A stretch of DNA of 64,000 nucleotides from Thermoplasmata archaeon (GTDB lineage: Archaea; Thermoplasmatota; Thermoplasmata; Lutacidiplasmatales; UBA184), in NCBI GenBank assembly GCA_021798415.1, contig JAJZGO010000002.1, forward strand, positions 159 through 64,158, written 5' to 3'. Below the pieces are notes generated by a model, which saw only the letters and a list, made by a program, of their open reading frames with translations, had not been told where the DNA came from and did not search any database. Numbering within the stretch: the first letter of the stretch is position 1; every line of letters starts with the position of its first letter. Shown in pieces: positions 25,660 through 37,055 of the stretch. Made by a program: the position numbers and the translations under genes.

Positions 25660-26526
25660 TCAGTCGGTGGGCCCCGCGCGGGAGTGCTCGTCGCGCCGGC
25701 CCGAGCCGCCGGCCGCGCCGTGACCGTACTTGGCCGCCACGACCTCGGCGAGGATCGACAGCGCGATCTCGCTCGGTGTTCGGGCCCCGATGTCGACCCC
25801 GACGGGCGCCCGGAGCGACGCAACGAACTCCTCGCCCACGCCGCGGGCGCGCAGCTGCTCCCGGTCCTTCTCCGCGCGATGGCGACTCGCGAGAAGCCCG
25901 ACGAACCGCAGCGGAGTCCCCGACAGAGCCGAGAGGACCGCCACGTCCCGCTCGCCCTTCGTGAGCACGACGACCGAGTCGCGGTCACCGAGCGCGAGGG
26001 CGACGGGGTCGGGAACGCCGGTGGTGAGGAGCCGGTCCGGGGCCGTCGACAACCGGGGCGCGGGGTCGACGACCACGACCTCGAATTCGAGGTCCCGGCC
26101 GAAGCGCACGAGAGACTCCTCGACGTCGTCCCGCCCGCCCTGACCGACGAGGACGAGTCGCTCCGAGGGCATCATCGGCTCGACGTGGACCTCGAGCGTT
26201 CCGCCGCAGTCGGTCTCGACGTAGATCTCGTCCGGTCCCGGGTCCGTCGTCATGCCCGCGAGGGAACCCTTCGCGTCCACGAGGTGGACCCGGACGAGGC
26301 GGCTCTCGCCGGTCCGCATCGCCTCCTCGGCGACCGCGACGATCGGGCCCTCGGGACATCCCCCGCCGAACGTCCCTCCGGCGATCGTCCCGTCGTGGGC
26401 GATCAGGAGCTTGAACCCGCGGCGGGCGAGCGTAGACCCTTCGGTCCGGACCACCGTCGCCATCGCGAACGGGCGCCGCCGGGCCGCGAGCTCGTGCACG
26501 CGCTCGGAGAACTCGTGGGAGCGCAC
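25660..26526 (-). CDS. XdhC/CoxF-CoxI Moco chaperone
   Basis: ATVVRTEGS, GGGCPE, CGGTLEVHVEP, PVGVDIGARTPSEIALSILAE. Confidence 0.88.
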   Translation of the reverse strand: MRSHEFSERVHELAARRRPFAMATVVRTEGSTLARRGFKLLIAHDGTIAGGTFGGGCPEGPIVAVAEEAMRTGESRLVRVHLVDAKGSLAGMTTDPGPDEIYVETDCGGTLEVHVEPMMPSERLVLVGQGGRDDVEESLVRFGRDLEFEVVVVDPAPRLSTAPDRLLTTGVPDPVALALGDRDSVVVLTKGERDVAVLSALSGTPLRFVGLLASRHRAEKDREQLRARGVGEEFVASLRAPVGVDIGARTPSEIALSILAEVVAAKYGHGAAGGSGRRDEHSRAGPTD

Positions 26527-26653
26527 GCCCGACCGACCCGACGAACGCGTATCTACTTGTCGTGGGGGTGCTCGGGGCGGCCCCTCACGGCGGCCGACCG
26601 AGAGTAGATATTCCGGTGCACGGTGCCTCGGGCCAAGAGAGGAGCTGCGGCCG

Positions 26654-27382
26654 ATGCCCCCCGCCCAACCGCGATGGTCCGTCGCCGAGGAGCGCGGCGT
26701 CTACCGCATCGCCCTCGGCGCGTGGCTCGGGCTCTTCGCCGGGGCGATCACGATCGTCCTTCCCTCGACCGCGATCTTCCTGAGCGTCTACGCCCCGGGG
26801 AGCCTCTTCTCGCTCGGAACGGCTCTCTTCCAGATCGTCGGCCTGCTCGTCCTCGGGGGGGCCGTCCTGTACCTGCTCTCCCTCTTCCTCTACCGCCGAG
26901 GCTTTGCCGCCTTGCGTCGGGTCGAGGGGGAGTTCGCGCTCGCGACGGTCCTCTGCCTCGTCGGCTCCGTCGGGTTCCTCCTCCTTCTCGTAACCGCGAC
27001 GGTCCTGGCGGGCTCGTCAGCCGCGGTCGCGGGCTGCATCCATGGTCAGCCCACCCGGTCGCTCTCCTGCCTCGAGACGAACCAGCCGCTCGGGGCGTAT
27101 ACCGCCGTCCTCGGGTTCGTCTTCGGGTGGGTCGGCGGGATCGGGATCGTCGTGGGGCTCGCGTTCGCGGGGAACCGCTTTGACGAGCCGGCCCTGCGGC
27201 TCGGCGCGTTCTTCTACCTCGGTCTTCTCGTTCTCCTGATCGCCCCGACGCTCGCCCTGATGGCGCCGTTCGACGGCGTCCAGTTCCTCCTTCTGATCGT
27301 GCCGATCCTCGCGGTCGCCGCCCCGGCGCTCGTCCTCGCGGGGACGATCCCGAAGTTGGGGAGGGTCGCGAGCGCCGCATGA
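26654..27382 (+). CDS. Polytopic membrane protein (DUF973-like)
   Basis: About 6 TM segments, RRGFAALR; ATGA overlap with msrA. Confidence 0.6.
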   Translation: MPPAQPRWSVAEERGVYRIALGAWLGLFAGAITIVLPSTAIFLSVYAPGSLFSLGTALFQIVGLLVLGGAVLYLLSLFLYRRGFAALRRVEGEFALATVLCLVGSVGFLLLLVTATVLAGSSAAVAGCIHGQPTRSLSCLETNQPLGAYTAVLGFVFGWVGGIGIVVGLAFAGNRFDEPALRLGAFFYLGLLVLLIAPTLALMAPFDGVQFLLLIVPILAVAAPALVLAGTIPKLGRVASAA

Positions 27383-27942
27383 CGACCGCGGCGGCTCCCG
27401 CACCCGAACGGTCGACGATCACGCTCGCCGGAGGCTGCTTCTGGTGCACGGAGGCGGTCTTCTCCGAACTGAAGGGCGTGCACGAGGTCGTGCCCGGCTA
27501 CACAGGCGGCACCGTGCCCCACCCGACGTACGAGGAGGTCTGCACGGGCCGCACCGGCCACGCCGAGGCGGTCGAGGTCACGTTCGACCCGCGCGAGATC
27601 CGGCTCCACGACCTGCTCGGGATCTTCTTCACGACCCACGACCCGACGACCCCGAACCGGCAGGGGAACGATGTCGGCTCACAATACCGGTCGGCGGTCT
27701 TCTACCGCGACACCGCCCAGAAGGAGGCGACGGAGGCGGTGGTGCGCGAGCTGGTCGGCCAGGGCCTGTGGCGGAGGAAGGTCGTCACCGAGATCGTCCC
27801 GTTCACGGTGTTCTTCCCGGCCGAAGCGTACCATCGCGACTACTTCCGACGCAACCCGGAGAAGGGGTACTGCCAGCTCATCATCGCCCCGAAGGTCGCG
27901 AAGCTCCGCGCACAGTACACGGACCGTCTGCGCGCCCGTTGA
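27379..27942 (+). CDS. msrA: Peptide-methionine (S)-S-oxide reductase
   Basis: GGCFWC, GHAE, RQGNDVGSQYRS, AEAYH. Confidence 0.96.
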   Translation: MTTAAAPAPERSTITLAGGCFWCTEAVFSELKGVHEVVPGYTGGTVPHPTYEEVCTGRTGHAEAVEVTFDPREIRLHDLLGIFFTTHDPTTPNRQGNDVGSQYRSAVFYRDTAQKEATEAVVRELVGQGLWRRKVVTEIVPFTVFFPAEAYHRDYFRRNPEKGYCQLIIAPKVAKLRAQYTDRLRAR

Positions 27943-27962
27943 CGGGGCCGGCCCGACCGCCG

Positions 27963-28538
27963 CTAGAGCGCGAGGAAGACGAAGTACGCGGCGAACGCGA
28001 GCATGATCACGCCCGAGGCGAGCGCGACCCATCGTCCGGCGCTCGGCGCCTTCCGGGTCCCCCGGTGGACCACCCAGGGGAACGCGACGATCCAGGTCGC
28101 GATCGCGCCAAATAGCCCGAGGAAGAGCGGCGCACCGCCGAGGTAGGCGAACGCGAGGCCCGACGTGAGCCACCAGAGGATCTGGAACGGGTTCGACAGC
28201 CCCATCGCGAGCGCCGCCGTGTACGTTCGGACCGGAGGCACCTCGCGCGTCGGCTCCTCGGCCCGCCGCGCGAGGAGGCGAACGCCGAAAGCGGCCGTCA
28301 CGACCGCGCCGATGACGTAGATCGCCCGCACGAACTCTCGGAGGCCAAAAGCGCTCCCGACGGCGTAGACGACCGCCCCGAGGACCGCGTCGGCGCTCAT
28401 CGCGCCGAGACCCGTGACCGCCCCTCGACGCCACGCGCGCACCGACTCGGACGCGATGAGGGCGTTCATCGGTCCCGGCGGTCCGGCCAAGGAGAGCCCG
28501 AGGACGAACCCGAACGCCACTTCGTAGGGTCCGCTCAC
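27963..28538 (-). CDS. LysE family exporter
   Basis: PPGPMN, GLGAMSAD, LSNPFQILWW. Confidence 0.82.
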   Translation of the reverse strand: MSGPYEVAFGFVLGLSLAGPPGPMNALIASESVRAWRRGAVTGLGAMSADAVLGAVVYAVGSAFGLREFVRAIYVIGAVVTAAFGVRLLARRAEEPTREVPPVRTYTAALAMGLSNPFQILWWLTSGLAFAYLGGAPLFLGLFGAIATWIVAFPWVVHRGTRKAPSAGRWVALASGVIMLAFAAYFVFLAL

Positions 28539-28554
28539 CGTCGCCGCACCGGGG

Positions 28555-29709
28555 TCACGAGAACGCGGCCGGGACGACCCGGACGCGCGCGGGGCCGTGC
28601 GACCGGGGAAAGTCCGCGGGGCCCACGAGGAGGTCGACGTGGGGGAGCGCGGCCTTGAGCGCGGCCGTCTCGGGACGGAACCCCGGGTCGGCGGCATACG
28701 GGCTCAGCCAGACGAGACGCCGCGCGCGCGCCTTGAGCCGCTCGAGCTCGCGGGCGAGGTCAAGCGAGGCGTCGAGGTCCCAGCCGTCGCTGAGGACGAG
28801 GACGGTCGTGGTCGCCCGCACGGTCGCCCCCCAGTGCCGTCGGAACTCCCCCAGGCACCGCGCGATCCGCGTGCCGCCCCCTGCGGCGGCGAGTCGGTCG
28901 GCGAGGCCCGGGATCGAGCGCTCGTACGAGAGACCCCGGAACATGGACGTGACCTCCTCGATCTCGTTGCCGAAGGCGTAGACGCGGGTCCGGAGCACCG
29001 AGCGGGCGAGCGAATGGACGAGCGCGCAGAGGGTTCCCGTGTGCTCGCGCATCGACCCGCTGACGTCCCAGAGCACGACCAGGTCGGCGCGGCGGGGCGC
29101 GCGGGACCTCCGACCGAGCCGAACCCACTCTCCGGCCGTGCGGGCCGCCGAGCGGGCTGTCCGCCTTAGGTCGATCGCGCCGTCCGGCGACGACTGCCAA
29201 CGTCGTCCGGGGAGCGTCGCGACCGACCGACGGAACCGTCGGGCCCCGGCGCGCGCGCGTCTCAGCTCGGGCGCCGGCACCGGGGCGAGCGCGTGCCCCG
29301 TGCCGGGGGCGTCGGGACTGTACCGGCCCTCGACGCGCGTCCGCCCCTCGGACTCGCTCGGCGAGGTTCCCGGGGGAACGCCACCGATCCGGCGACGCGG
29401 AACTCGGTCGCGCGGCCTCGGGCCCGCGTCCGATGGCGGCGGCACCGGCGGGGGGCCGTGCGCCGTCCAGTAGGCGTCGAACACCCGGTCGATCCGCTCG
29501 AGGTCGCCGGGCGACTTCGCGAGGGTCGCCCGGCACCCCTCAAGGACCGAGGCACGGTCGAGGATCGGCAGGGTGCGGAGCGCCCGGCCGAGGTCGACGC
29601 CGGCAGCGACCCCGACCGCAACCCCCTCGGCGCGCAGGCGGTCGAGGAACCCCTGGAGCCGGCCGAAGAAGCGGGAGCCCACCACGGACCCGCCGGGGGG
29701 CTCGTTCAT
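28555..29709 (-). CDS. coxE: CoxE-like VWA domain protein
   Basis: DVSGSM MIDAS, GGGTRIA, LSDGWD, VWLSP. Confidence 0.87.
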   Translation of the reverse strand: MNEPPGGSVVGSRFFGRLQGFLDRLRAEGVAVGVAAGVDLGRALRTLPILDRASVLEGCRATLAKSPGDLERIDRVFDAYWTAHGPPPVPPPSDAGPRPRDRVPRRRIGGVPPGTSPSESEGRTRVEGRYSPDAPGTGHALAPVPAPELRRARAGARRFRRSVATLPGRRWQSSPDGAIDLRRTARSAARTAGEWVRLGRRSRAPRRADLVVLWDVSGSMREHTGTLCALVHSLARSVLRTRVYAFGNEIEEVTSMFRGLSYERSIPGLADRLAAAGGGTRIARCLGEFRRHWGATVRATTTVLVLSDGWDLDASLDLARELERLKARARRLVWLSPYAADPGFRPETAALKAALPHVDLLVGPADFPRSHGPARVRVVPAAFS

Positions 29710-30611
29710 GGGAGCGCGAGGAGCTCGGCGACCCGCCCGGCCCGGTAGCCTTCGAGGTCCCGCGCGTCCTTGAGCAAGAGGCCGAGGGTCTCGGCCACGG
29801 TCGGCGCGCGCAGCGATCGTTCGCCCAGGGCCAGAAGGGCCGCCGCCCAGTCGAGGGTCTCGGCGACGCCCGGCCGCTTGGCGAGGCCGTCCTCCGCTCG
29901 CAGACGCTGGACGAAACGGGTGATCTCGCCGGCGAGCGCCGCCGGGAGTTCGGGGAGACGTTGGCGGAGGATCTCGACCTCCTTCTCGGGGGTCGGGTAG
30001 CCGATGTAGGCGTACAGGCACCGACGCTTGATCGCATCGCCGAGCTCGCGCGTCCGGTTCGAGGTGAGGATCACGAGCGGGACGCGTTTCGCCCGGATCG
30101 TGCCGAGCTCGGGGACCGTCACCTGGAACTCCGAGAGGACCTCGAGAAGGAGGCCCTCGAACTCCTCGTCGGCGCGGTCGAGCTCGTCGATGAGGAGGAC
30201 GGGGCGGGCGGGGCCGGCGCCGTCGAGCGCGCGGAGGAGCGGGCGGCGGAGCAGGAACCGCTCGCTGTAGATCTCCGTCTCGACCTCGGCGGTCGTGCGG
30301 TCCCGTTCGTGGAGCCGGATCGCGAGCAGCTGGCGCGGGTAGTCCCACTCGTAGAGCGAGGCGGACGCGTCGAGGCCCTCGTAGCACTGGAGACGGATCA
30401 GCTCCGCGCCGGAGGCCGCCGCGAGGGCCTTCGCGATCTCGGTCTTGCCGCACCCCGGCTCTCCTTCGATCAGCAGCGGCTTTTCGAGCCGGACCGCGAG
30501 GTAAACCGCGGTCGCGAGACCGCGGTCGATCACGTACCGTTCGCGCGAGAGGGCTTCGAGAACCGCGTCGACCGAACGCGCGAAGTCGGGCCGATCGGTC
30601 GGTACCGTCAT
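29706..30611 (-). CDS. coxD: CoxD-like MoxR AAA+ ATPase
   Basis: GEPGCGKT, RLQCYEG, LLIDELDRADEEFE, TSNRTREL. Confidence 0.9.
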   Translation of the reverse strand: MTVPTDRPDFARSVDAVLEALSRERYVIDRGLATAVYLAVRLEKPLLIEGEPGCGKTEIAKALAAASGAELIRLQCYEGLDASASLYEWDYPRQLLAIRLHERDRTTAEVETEIYSERFLLRRPLLRALDGAGPARPVLLIDELDRADEEFEGLLLEVLSEFQVTVPELGTIRAKRVPLVILTSNRTRELGDAIKRRCLYAYIGYPTPEKEVEILRQRLPELPAALAGEITRFVQRLRAEDGLAKRPGVAETLDWAAALLALGERSLRAPTVAETLGLLLKDARDLEGYRAGRVAELLALP

Positions 30612-31582
30612 GCCGAGATCCGCGTCGTCGCGCCCGGGGTCGGCTCCGGCGCCGGGGTGCGCGGCGGGAAGTCGGTCACGTACCCACCGTAGTACGGGAC
30701 GCGCGTCGCGACGACCTGACGGAACGCCGAGCGCAGGCCATCGTCGTCGAGCCCCCGCGTCGCGACGAGGTCGTCGTTGCGGTTCAGGCAACCTTTGAGC
30801 TCGCCCCGGTGGGTCACGCGGATCCGGTGGCAATGGGAGCAGAACTCGGGGTTGAAGACCGGGTCGACGACCTCGACTTCCGCTTCCCGGAAGACGTAGA
30901 TGCGCCGATGGTGCATCTCCCGGACGAGGACCCGGGTCGCGTGCTCCTCGAGCCAGCGCTTCACCGACTGGATGTCGACCATCCACTCGGGATGGGTGAC
31001 GAGCTCGGGCATGAACTGGATCAACTGGAGCTTGAGCCCGTCGGTCTCGCCGACGTATTCGACCATCCGGGGGATGTTCGCGAGGGTCGGGCGAAAGACG
31101 ACCATGTTGAGCTTCACCGGCTTCAGGCCGACCCGCAGCGACTCCCGGATCCCGCGGAGGACCGGCGCGAGCGAGCCCTTGCGGATCGAGCGGAACTGCT
31201 CGGGGTCGATCGAGTCGACCGAGACGTTCACGCGCTTGAGACCCGCATCCCGTAGCCCCTCGGCCCGTCCCTCGAGCATCGAGCCGTTGGTCGTGAGCGA
31301 CACGTCGGGGATCTCGCGCACGGTCCGGCCGACGATCTCCTCGAGGTCGAGACGAACGAGCGGTTCGCCACCGGTGAACTTCACCGACCGAATGCCGAAC
31401 TCGCGCGCGACGCGGACCAGCCGCTCGATCTCGAGGGCGGTCATCTCCTCGCCGTGGGGCGTTCGGGGGCGGTCGACGGGGCCGAGACCCTCGTCGTGGC
31501 AGTAGACGCAACCGAAGTTGCAGCGCTTGGTGACGCTGATGCGGATGTCGGTGACCTCGCGGCCGTACGCGTCCGACAGCAT
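30608..31582 (-). CDS. moaA: GTP 3',8-cyclase (radical SAM)
   Basis: RISVTKRCNFGCVYCH, TGGEP, FCSHCHRIRVT..G.LKGCL. Confidence 0.93.
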   Translation of the reverse strand: MLSDAYGREVTDIRISVTKRCNFGCVYCHDEGLGPVDRPRTPHGEEMTALEIERLVRVAREFGIRSVKFTGGEPLVRLDLEEIVGRTVREIPDVSLTTNGSMLEGRAEGLRDAGLKRVNVSVDSIDPEQFRSIRKGSLAPVLRGIRESLRVGLKPVKLNMVVFRPTLANIPRMVEYVGETDGLKLQLIQFMPELVTHPEWMVDIQSVKRWLEEHATRVLVREMHHRRIYVFREAEVEVVDPVFNPEFCSHCHRIRVTHRGELKGCLNRNDDLVATRGLDDDGLRSAFRQVVATRVPYYGGYVTDFPPRTPAPEPTPGATTRISA

Positions 31583-31732
31583 CCTCCCGACCTATCAGCG
31601 GCCCCCTTTAAGCGGTTTTACCGGCCCATATCGGGCCCCGGGGGGCCCGGGACCCTCCCCCCGTGAGTCGGTTTCGCAAGGACTATAGCGCACGAGCCGT
31701 TGGGACTCCGGGGCGAAGCCCCGGGTGGTCGG

Positions 31733-32608
31733 ATGATCCCGCCGCAGTTCGAGTACTATGCCCCGAGTTCCGTGGACGAGGCCGTGGCCCTCCTTCGCCG
31801 GTTCGACGGCGAGGCGAAGGTGCTCGCCGGAGGGCATAGCCTGATCCCGCTCATGAAGCTCCGATTGGCGGAGCCGAAGGCGCTCGTCGACATCAACCGG
31901 ATCCCGAACCTGGCGTACCTCCGGGAGGAGGACGGCTACCTCCGGATCGGTGCGACCACGCGGACCGGGGATCTGCTCGACTCGGCGCTCCTGAGGAAGT
32001 CGTACCCGATCCTTACGGACGCAGCCCAGGAGATCGCGGACCCGCTCGTCCGCAACCTCGGCACCGTCGGTGGGAACGTCTGCCACGGAGACCCCGGCAA
32101 CGACCTCCCGGCCTGCATCCTCGCGCTCGGCGCGGTGCTCGCCGTGACGGGGCCGACCGGCCCGCGCGAGATCCCGGCCGCCGAGTTCTACCGCGACACC
32201 TTCGTCACGGCGCTCGAACCGACCGAGATCCTCACCGAGGTCCGGATCCCGAAGGCGCGGTCCCACCAAGGCAACGCCTACCAGAAGATCGAAAAGCGGG
32301 TCGGCGATTTCGCGATCGCCGGTGCGGCGGCGAACCTGGTCGTCGACGGCGCGGGCCGTATCGAGACCGCCGGTCTCGCCCTCACCGGCGTCGGCCCCAC
32401 GGTCGTCCCGGCGACGGCGGCCGCGGCCGCGCTCGTCGGGGAGGTCCTGAGCGAGACCCACCTCGCGAACGCGGCGCGGCTCGCGGAGGCGGCGACGGAT
32501 CCCTCCGGGGACCTCCGCGGGCCGGTTGCGTACAAGCGCGCGATGGCCGGCGTCCTCGTGCGTCGGGCGCTCGAACGGGCGCTCGCCCGCGCGAAGGGAG
32601 GCAGCTAG
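31733..32608 (+). CDS. coxM: Aerobic CO dehydrogenase medium (FAD) subunit
   Basis: AGGHSLIPLMKLRLA, RNLGTVGGN, GDPGND. Confidence 0.92.
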   Translation: MIPPQFEYYAPSSVDEAVALLRRFDGEAKVLAGGHSLIPLMKLRLAEPKALVDINRIPNLAYLREEDGYLRIGATTRTGDLLDSALLRKSYPILTDAAQEIADPLVRNLGTVGGNVCHGDPGNDLPACILALGAVLAVTGPTGPREIPAAEFYRDTFVTALEPTEILTEVRIPKARSHQGNAYQKIEKRVGDFAIAGAAANLVVDGAGRIETAGLALTGVGPTVVPATAAAAALVGEVLSETHLANAARLAEAATDPSGDLRGPVAYKRAMAGVLVRRALERALARAKGGS

Positions 32609-33163
32609 ATGGCGACGAGCGCTCGACCCGTCGCCCCGGCGGCTTCCCTTACCTCGGCCGGCGGCCCGACCTCTCGGATCCAGGTCACCGTCAACGGTCG
32701 GTCGGTCGTCGCCGAGGTCGAGCCGCGGACCCTCCTGGTCCACTTCCTGCGCGAGGTCCTCGGGCTCACCGGGACCCACATCGGCTGCGACACCTCCCAC
32801 TGCGGGGCGTGCACCGTCCACCTCGACGGCAAGCCGGTGAAGTCGTGCACCGTCCTGGCGGTCCAGGTGAGCGGACGCGAGGTCCGTACCGTCGAGGGCC
32901 TCGAGGTCGACGGGAAGCTTTCTCCGGTCCAGGAGGCGTTTGTCGAGGCGCACGGGCTCCAGTGCGGGTTCTGCACGCCCGGCATGATGATGACCGCGAC
33001 CGCGCTCCTCGCGCGAAACCCGAACCCGACGGACGCCGAGACCCGGGACGCGATCCGGGGCAATCTCTGCCGGTGCACGGGCTACGTGAACATCGTGAAG
33101 GCGATCCAGCTCGCGGGCAAGAAGATGCAATCCGCGAGCTCGGCGCCGGGAGGCAAGCCGTGA
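32609..33163 (+). CDS. coxS: Aerobic CO dehydrogenase small (2x[2Fe-2S]) subunit
   Basis: [27 protein letters not shown]. Confidence 0.93.
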   Translation: MATSARPVAPAASLTSAGGPTSRIQVTVNGRSVVAEVEPRTLLVHFLREVLGLTGTHIGCDTSHCGACTVHLDGKPVKSCTVLAVQVSGREVRTVEGLEVDGKLSPVQEAFVEAHGLQCGFCTPGMMMTATALLARNPNPTDAETRDAIRGNLCRCTGYVNIVKAIQLAGKKMQSASSAPGGKP

Positions 33164-35517
33164 GCGCGCAGGTTCCCAGCGTGAAGGGCGGGATCGGCCA
33201 GTCGATCCTCCGCAAGGAGGACGGGCGGTTCGTTCGGGGCAAGGGGAGCTACATTGACGACTTCAAGCTCCCCGGGATGCTCTACCTCGATATCGCCCGC
33301 AGCCCGTACGCGCACGCCAAGATCACGGCGATCCGCACCGACAAGGCGCTCAAGGTCCCCGGCGTCCTCGCGGTGATCACGGGCAAGGACCTCGAGGCCG
33401 CCGGCCTCGCGTGGATGCCGACCCTCATGTCCGATAAGCAGATGGTGCTGCCCACGGACACCGTCATGTACCAAGCCCAAGAGGTCGTCGGGGTCGTCGC
33501 CGACAGCCGCTACGCCGCCGCCGACGGGGCCGCCGCGGTCGAGGTCGACTACGAGCCGCTCCCGGTCGTGACGGACCCGTTCAAGGCGATCGCGCCGGGC
33601 GCGCCGGTGATCCGGACCGACCGCAAGGAAGCGTCGAACCACATCTGGCATTGGGAGACCGGCGACCGGGCGGGTACCGACCGGGCGTTCGCCGCCGCGC
33701 CCGTGAGCGTGGCCCAGGACCTGTACATCCCGCGGATCCACGTCTCGTCGATGGAGACGTGCGGGTGCATCGCACAGATGGACCCCGTCTCGGGCCGGTT
33801 CACCATCTGGATGACGACTCAGGCGCCGCACGCGATCCGCACGGTCTTCGCGCTCGTGACGGGTCTCCCCGAGCAGAACATCCGCGTCATCTCCCCCGAC
33901 ATCGGGGGCGGGTTCGGCGGGAAGGTGCCGGTCTATCCGGGCTACGTCCTCGCGTCGGTCGCATCGATCAAGACCGGCCGACCGGTGAAATGGATCGAGG
34001 ACCGGTCGGAGAACCTCCAGGCCGACTCGTTCGCCCGGGACTACCACATCCACGCGGAGGTGGCGGCCGAGCGCGACGGAACGGTGACGGCGCTGCGCGT
34101 CAAGACGCTCGCCGACCACGGCTACACGGACGCGGCGGCGAACCCGTCGAAGTTCCCCGCGGGCCTCTTTCACATCATCACGGGCTCCTATCCGTTCGCG
34201 CAGGCGTTCGTCGAGGTCGACGCCGCGTACACGAACAAGCCGCCGGGCGGGATCGCCTACCGTTGCTCGTTCCGCGTCACCGAGGCGGTCTACACGATCG
34301 AACGGATGATGGACATCCTCGCGCACCGCCTGCGGGTCGACCCGGCCGAGCTGAGGCTGAAGAACTTCATCCCGCCCGAGGCGTTCCCCTACCGCTCCGC
34401 TCTCGGCTGGACCTACGACAGCGGAAACTACGGTGCCGCGCTCGCGAAAGCGATGGAGATCATCGACTACGCGGGCCTCCGGCGCGAGCAGGCGGAGAAG
34501 CGCCGCAAGGGCGAGCTGATGGGGATCGGCATCTCGAGCTTCACCGAGATCGTCGGCGCGGGGCCGAGCGCCACGTTCGACATCCTCGGCATCAAGATGT
34601 TCGACTCGGCCGAGGTCCGCATCCACCCGACCGGGAAGGTGCTCGCCCGCTTCGGGACGAAGTCTCAGGGCCAGGGCCACGAGACGACGTACGCGCAGAT
34701 TCTCGCCGAGGAGCTCGGGATCCCGGCCGACGACATCCGGGTCGAGGAAGGCGACACCGACACCGCCCCGTACGGGCTCGGCACCTACGCGAGCCGCAGC
34801 ACCCCCACCGCGGGGGCGGCCGCCGCCATCGCGGCGCGGAAGATCCGGGAGAAGGGCCGTCGGATCGCGGCGCACCTCCTCGAGGTCAGCCCCGACGACG
34901 TCGAGTGGAAGGACTTCGCGTTCCGCGTCAAGGGCGTCCCGACGAAGTCGAAGACGATGCAGGAGGTCGCCTTCGCCGCGTACACGAACCACCCCCCCGG
35001 CGTCGAAGCGGGGCTCGAGGCCGTCGACTACTACGACCCGCCGAACATGACCTATCCGTTCGGGAGCTACATCTGTGTGGTCGACATCGACAAGGAGACG
35101 GGCCAGGTGAAGGTCCGCCGGTTCGTCGCGGTCGACGACTGCGGTACGATCATCAACCCCATGATCGTCGACGGGCAGATCCACGGGGGCCTCACGATGG
35201 GGTTCGCTCCGGCGCTGCTCGAGGAGATCCAGTACGACGAGAACGGGAACATCCACGGCGGCTCGTTCATGGACTATCTCGTGCCGACCGCGGTCGAGAC
35301 GCCGAACTGGGAGACCGCGAAGACCGTGACACCGAGCCCCCACCACCCGCTCGGCGCGAAGGGCGTCGGGGAGTCGGCGACGGTCGGCGCCCCGCCGGCG
35401 ATCGTCAACGCGGTCGTCGACGCGCTCCAGCCGTACGGTGTCGAGCACATCGACATCCCGATCCATCCGTGGAAGGTCTGGCAGATCCTCCACGCGAAGG
35501 GTGCCCCGACGCCGTAG
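33160..35517 (+). CDS. coxL: Aerobic Mo-Cu CO dehydrogenase large subunit, form I
   Basis: Active-site loop AYRCSFR, GGGFGGK, QGQGHET, AKGVGE; coxMSL order; GTGA overlap. Confidence 0.95.
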   Translation: MSAQVPSVKGGIGQSILRKEDGRFVRGKGSYIDDFKLPGMLYLDIARSPYAHAKITAIRTDKALKVPGVLAVITGKDLEAAGLAWMPTLMSDKQMVLPTDTVMYQAQEVVGVVADSRYAAADGAAAVEVDYEPLPVVTDPFKAIAPGAPVIRTDRKEASNHIWHWETGDRAGTDRAFAAAPVSVAQDLYIPRIHVSSMETCGCIAQMDPVSGRFTIWMTTQAPHAIRTVFALVTGLPEQNIRVISPDIGGGFGGKVPVYPGYVLASVASIKTGRPVKWIEDRSENLQADSFARDYHIHAEVAAERDGTVTALRVKTLADHGYTDAAANPSKFPAGLFHIITGSYPFAQAFVEVDAAYTNKPPGGIAYRCSFRVTEAVYTIERMMDILAHRLRVDPAELRLKNFIPPEAFPYRSALGWTYDSGNYGAALAKAMEIIDYAGLRREQAEKRRKGELMGIGISSFTEIVGAGPSATFDILGIKMFDSAEVRIHPTGKVLARFGTKSQGQGHETTYAQILAEELGIPADDIRVEEGDTDTAPYGLGTYASRSTPTAGAAAAIAARKIREKGRRIAAHLLEVSPDDVEWKDFAFRVKGVPTKSKTMQEVAFAAYTNHPPGVEAGLEAVDYYDPPNMTYPFGSYICVVDIDKETGQVKVRRFVAVDDCGTIINPMIVDGQIHGGLTMGFAPALLEEIQYDENGNIHGGSFMDYLVPTAVETPNWETAKTVTPSPHHPLGAKGVGESATVGAPPAIVNAVVDALQPYGVEHIDIPIHPWKVWQILHAKGAPTP

Positions 35518-35554
35518 CGACTTCCCCCGTGGCCCGGTGCGGACGGACCGCCGG

Positions 35555-36514
35555 CTAGAGACGGGGCACGCGCGGGCCGGGCGCCTCGGCGAGCGGGACG
35601 CTCACGCTCGAGGGGACGCCCCGGCGGGAGAGCCCCACCTCGACGTCCGAGCCCACGGGGAACTTCGCGAGCGCTTCGAGGAGGTCACGGACGGAACGGA
35701 CCTCGAACGGCCCGACGCGGACGAGCACGTCTCCCCGCTTCAGCCCGGCGCGGTGCGCGGGGGATCGGGGGACGACCTCGTCGACCCAGACCCCCGACCC
35801 GGCGGGGAGAGCGGTCGCCCGGGCGAGGGCCGGCCCGAGCTCGGCGACGACGACCCCGACCCAAGAACGGACGACCCGCCCGCTCCGCCGCAGCTCGTCG
35901 GCGATCCGACGAACGGCATCGATCGGGATCGCGAACCCGACGCCCTGGGCGAACGGCATCATCGCGGTGTTGAGACCGATCACGGTGCCGCCGAGGTCGA
36001 CGAGCGGGCCGCCGCTGTTCCCGGGATTGATGGCGGCGTCCGTCTGGATCAGGCCCTCGAAGATGAAATCGGATCCCGGCAGGGGACGGCCGAGCGCGCT
36101 CACCACGCCCGTCGATACCGTCGGGCCGCCCGGGAGCCCGAGCGCGTGCCCGACCGCGAGCACGACCTGGCCGACCCGAAGCGCGGACGACCTGCCGAGC
36201 GGCGCCGCCGGGGCGTCCACCGCGTCGACCTTGACGAGGGCGACGTCGGTGACCGCGTCCCCTCCGAGGACCTCGGCGGCGAGGTCCCTGCCGTCCGCGA
36301 GCCGGACCCGTACCTCGGTCGCCCCGTCAACGACGTGCTGGTTGGTGACGACGAACCCGGTCCGATCGAGGACCACGCCGGTCGCGTTCGCCGACGGGCC
36401 GAATGGGTTCGCCCGGGGACGTCGGTCGGGGCGGACGCTCTCCACGCCCGCGACGCACGGGCCGATCGTCTCGACCGCGGAGACGATCCGCTCCTCGAGG
36501 TCGCCGTGGAGCAT
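35555..36514 (-). CDS. HtrA/DegP-like serine protease with PDZ domain
   Basis: TNQHVV, DVALVK, IQTDAAINPGNSGGPL, PDZ; no signal peptide. Confidence 0.92.
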   Translation of the reverse strand: MLHGDLEERIVSAVETIGPCVAGVESVRPDRRPRANPFGPSANATGVVLDRTGFVVTNQHVVDGATEVRVRLADGRDLAAEVLGGDAVTDVALVKVDAVDAPAAPLGRSSALRVGQVVLAVGHALGLPGGPTVSTGVVSALGRPLPGSDFIFEGLIQTDAAINPGNSGGPLVDLGGTVIGLNTAMMPFAQGVGFAIPIDAVRRIADELRRSGRVVRSWVGVVVAELGPALARATALPAGSGVWVDEVVPRSPAHRAGLKRGDVLVRVGPFEVRSVRDLLEALAKFPVGSDVEVGLSRRGVPSSVSVPLAEAPGPRVPRL

Positions 36515-36612
36515 CCGCGCCGCCTACGTCGACCGGGGCCGGGGCAGCATCGGCTCCGGCCCCACCGGCGGATGCGGCAAGGGGCCGAGCGGGGAACCGA
36601 CCGACATCGCGC

Positions 36613-36867
36613 TCACTCCGAAAGGAGGTGCTCGAGCTTCGCGAACAGCTCGCCCTCTTCCTTCTCCTTCTTCCGCCCGCCGTCCCAGCGGGCGTTGACG
36701 ATCTGGACCAGCAGGTCGGCGACCTGGTCCATCCACGGCCCCTCCTGGGCGTCGAACCGCTTCTTGATCTTGTCGCGAAGCAGCTCGTGGTAGGCCCGGT
36801 AGGCCGACCAGACCCACGGACCGTAGTTCGCTCGTCCCGCCATTCCCTCTTCGCATCCTTCCGACAT
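36613..36867 (-). CDS. Small helical hypothetical protein (84 aa)
   Basis: Charged amphipathic sequence with genome-like codon usage; first gene of the htrA run. Confidence 0.65.
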   Translation of the reverse strand: MSEGCEEGMAGRANYGPWVWSAYRAYHELLRDKIKKRFDAQEGPWMDQVADLLVQIVNARWDGGRKKEKEEGELFAKLEHLLSE

Positions 36868-37002
36868 CGTGCCTTCCTCGGGACGGTTTCCGTCCCGAAC
36901 GAGGCAGCGCGCGGCCGAGGATATTGAGCGGGTCGGGCCCGTCTCGGTCACACGTCCCTCGGCCGGCGGGAGCGGACGCGTCACGGCCGGCGGACCCAAC
37001 CA

Positions 37003-37018
37003 GTAACGCTCCCGTTAC
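37003..37018. promoter_or_regulatory. Palindromic operator candidate GTAACG-N4-CGTTAC
   Basis: Perfect 6-bp inverted repeat between divergent genes, just upstream of a CCTAAATC box. Confidence 0.5.
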
Positions 37019-37055
37019 CGCGGGCCTAAATCCCCGGTCGTGCCTTTTCCCACCG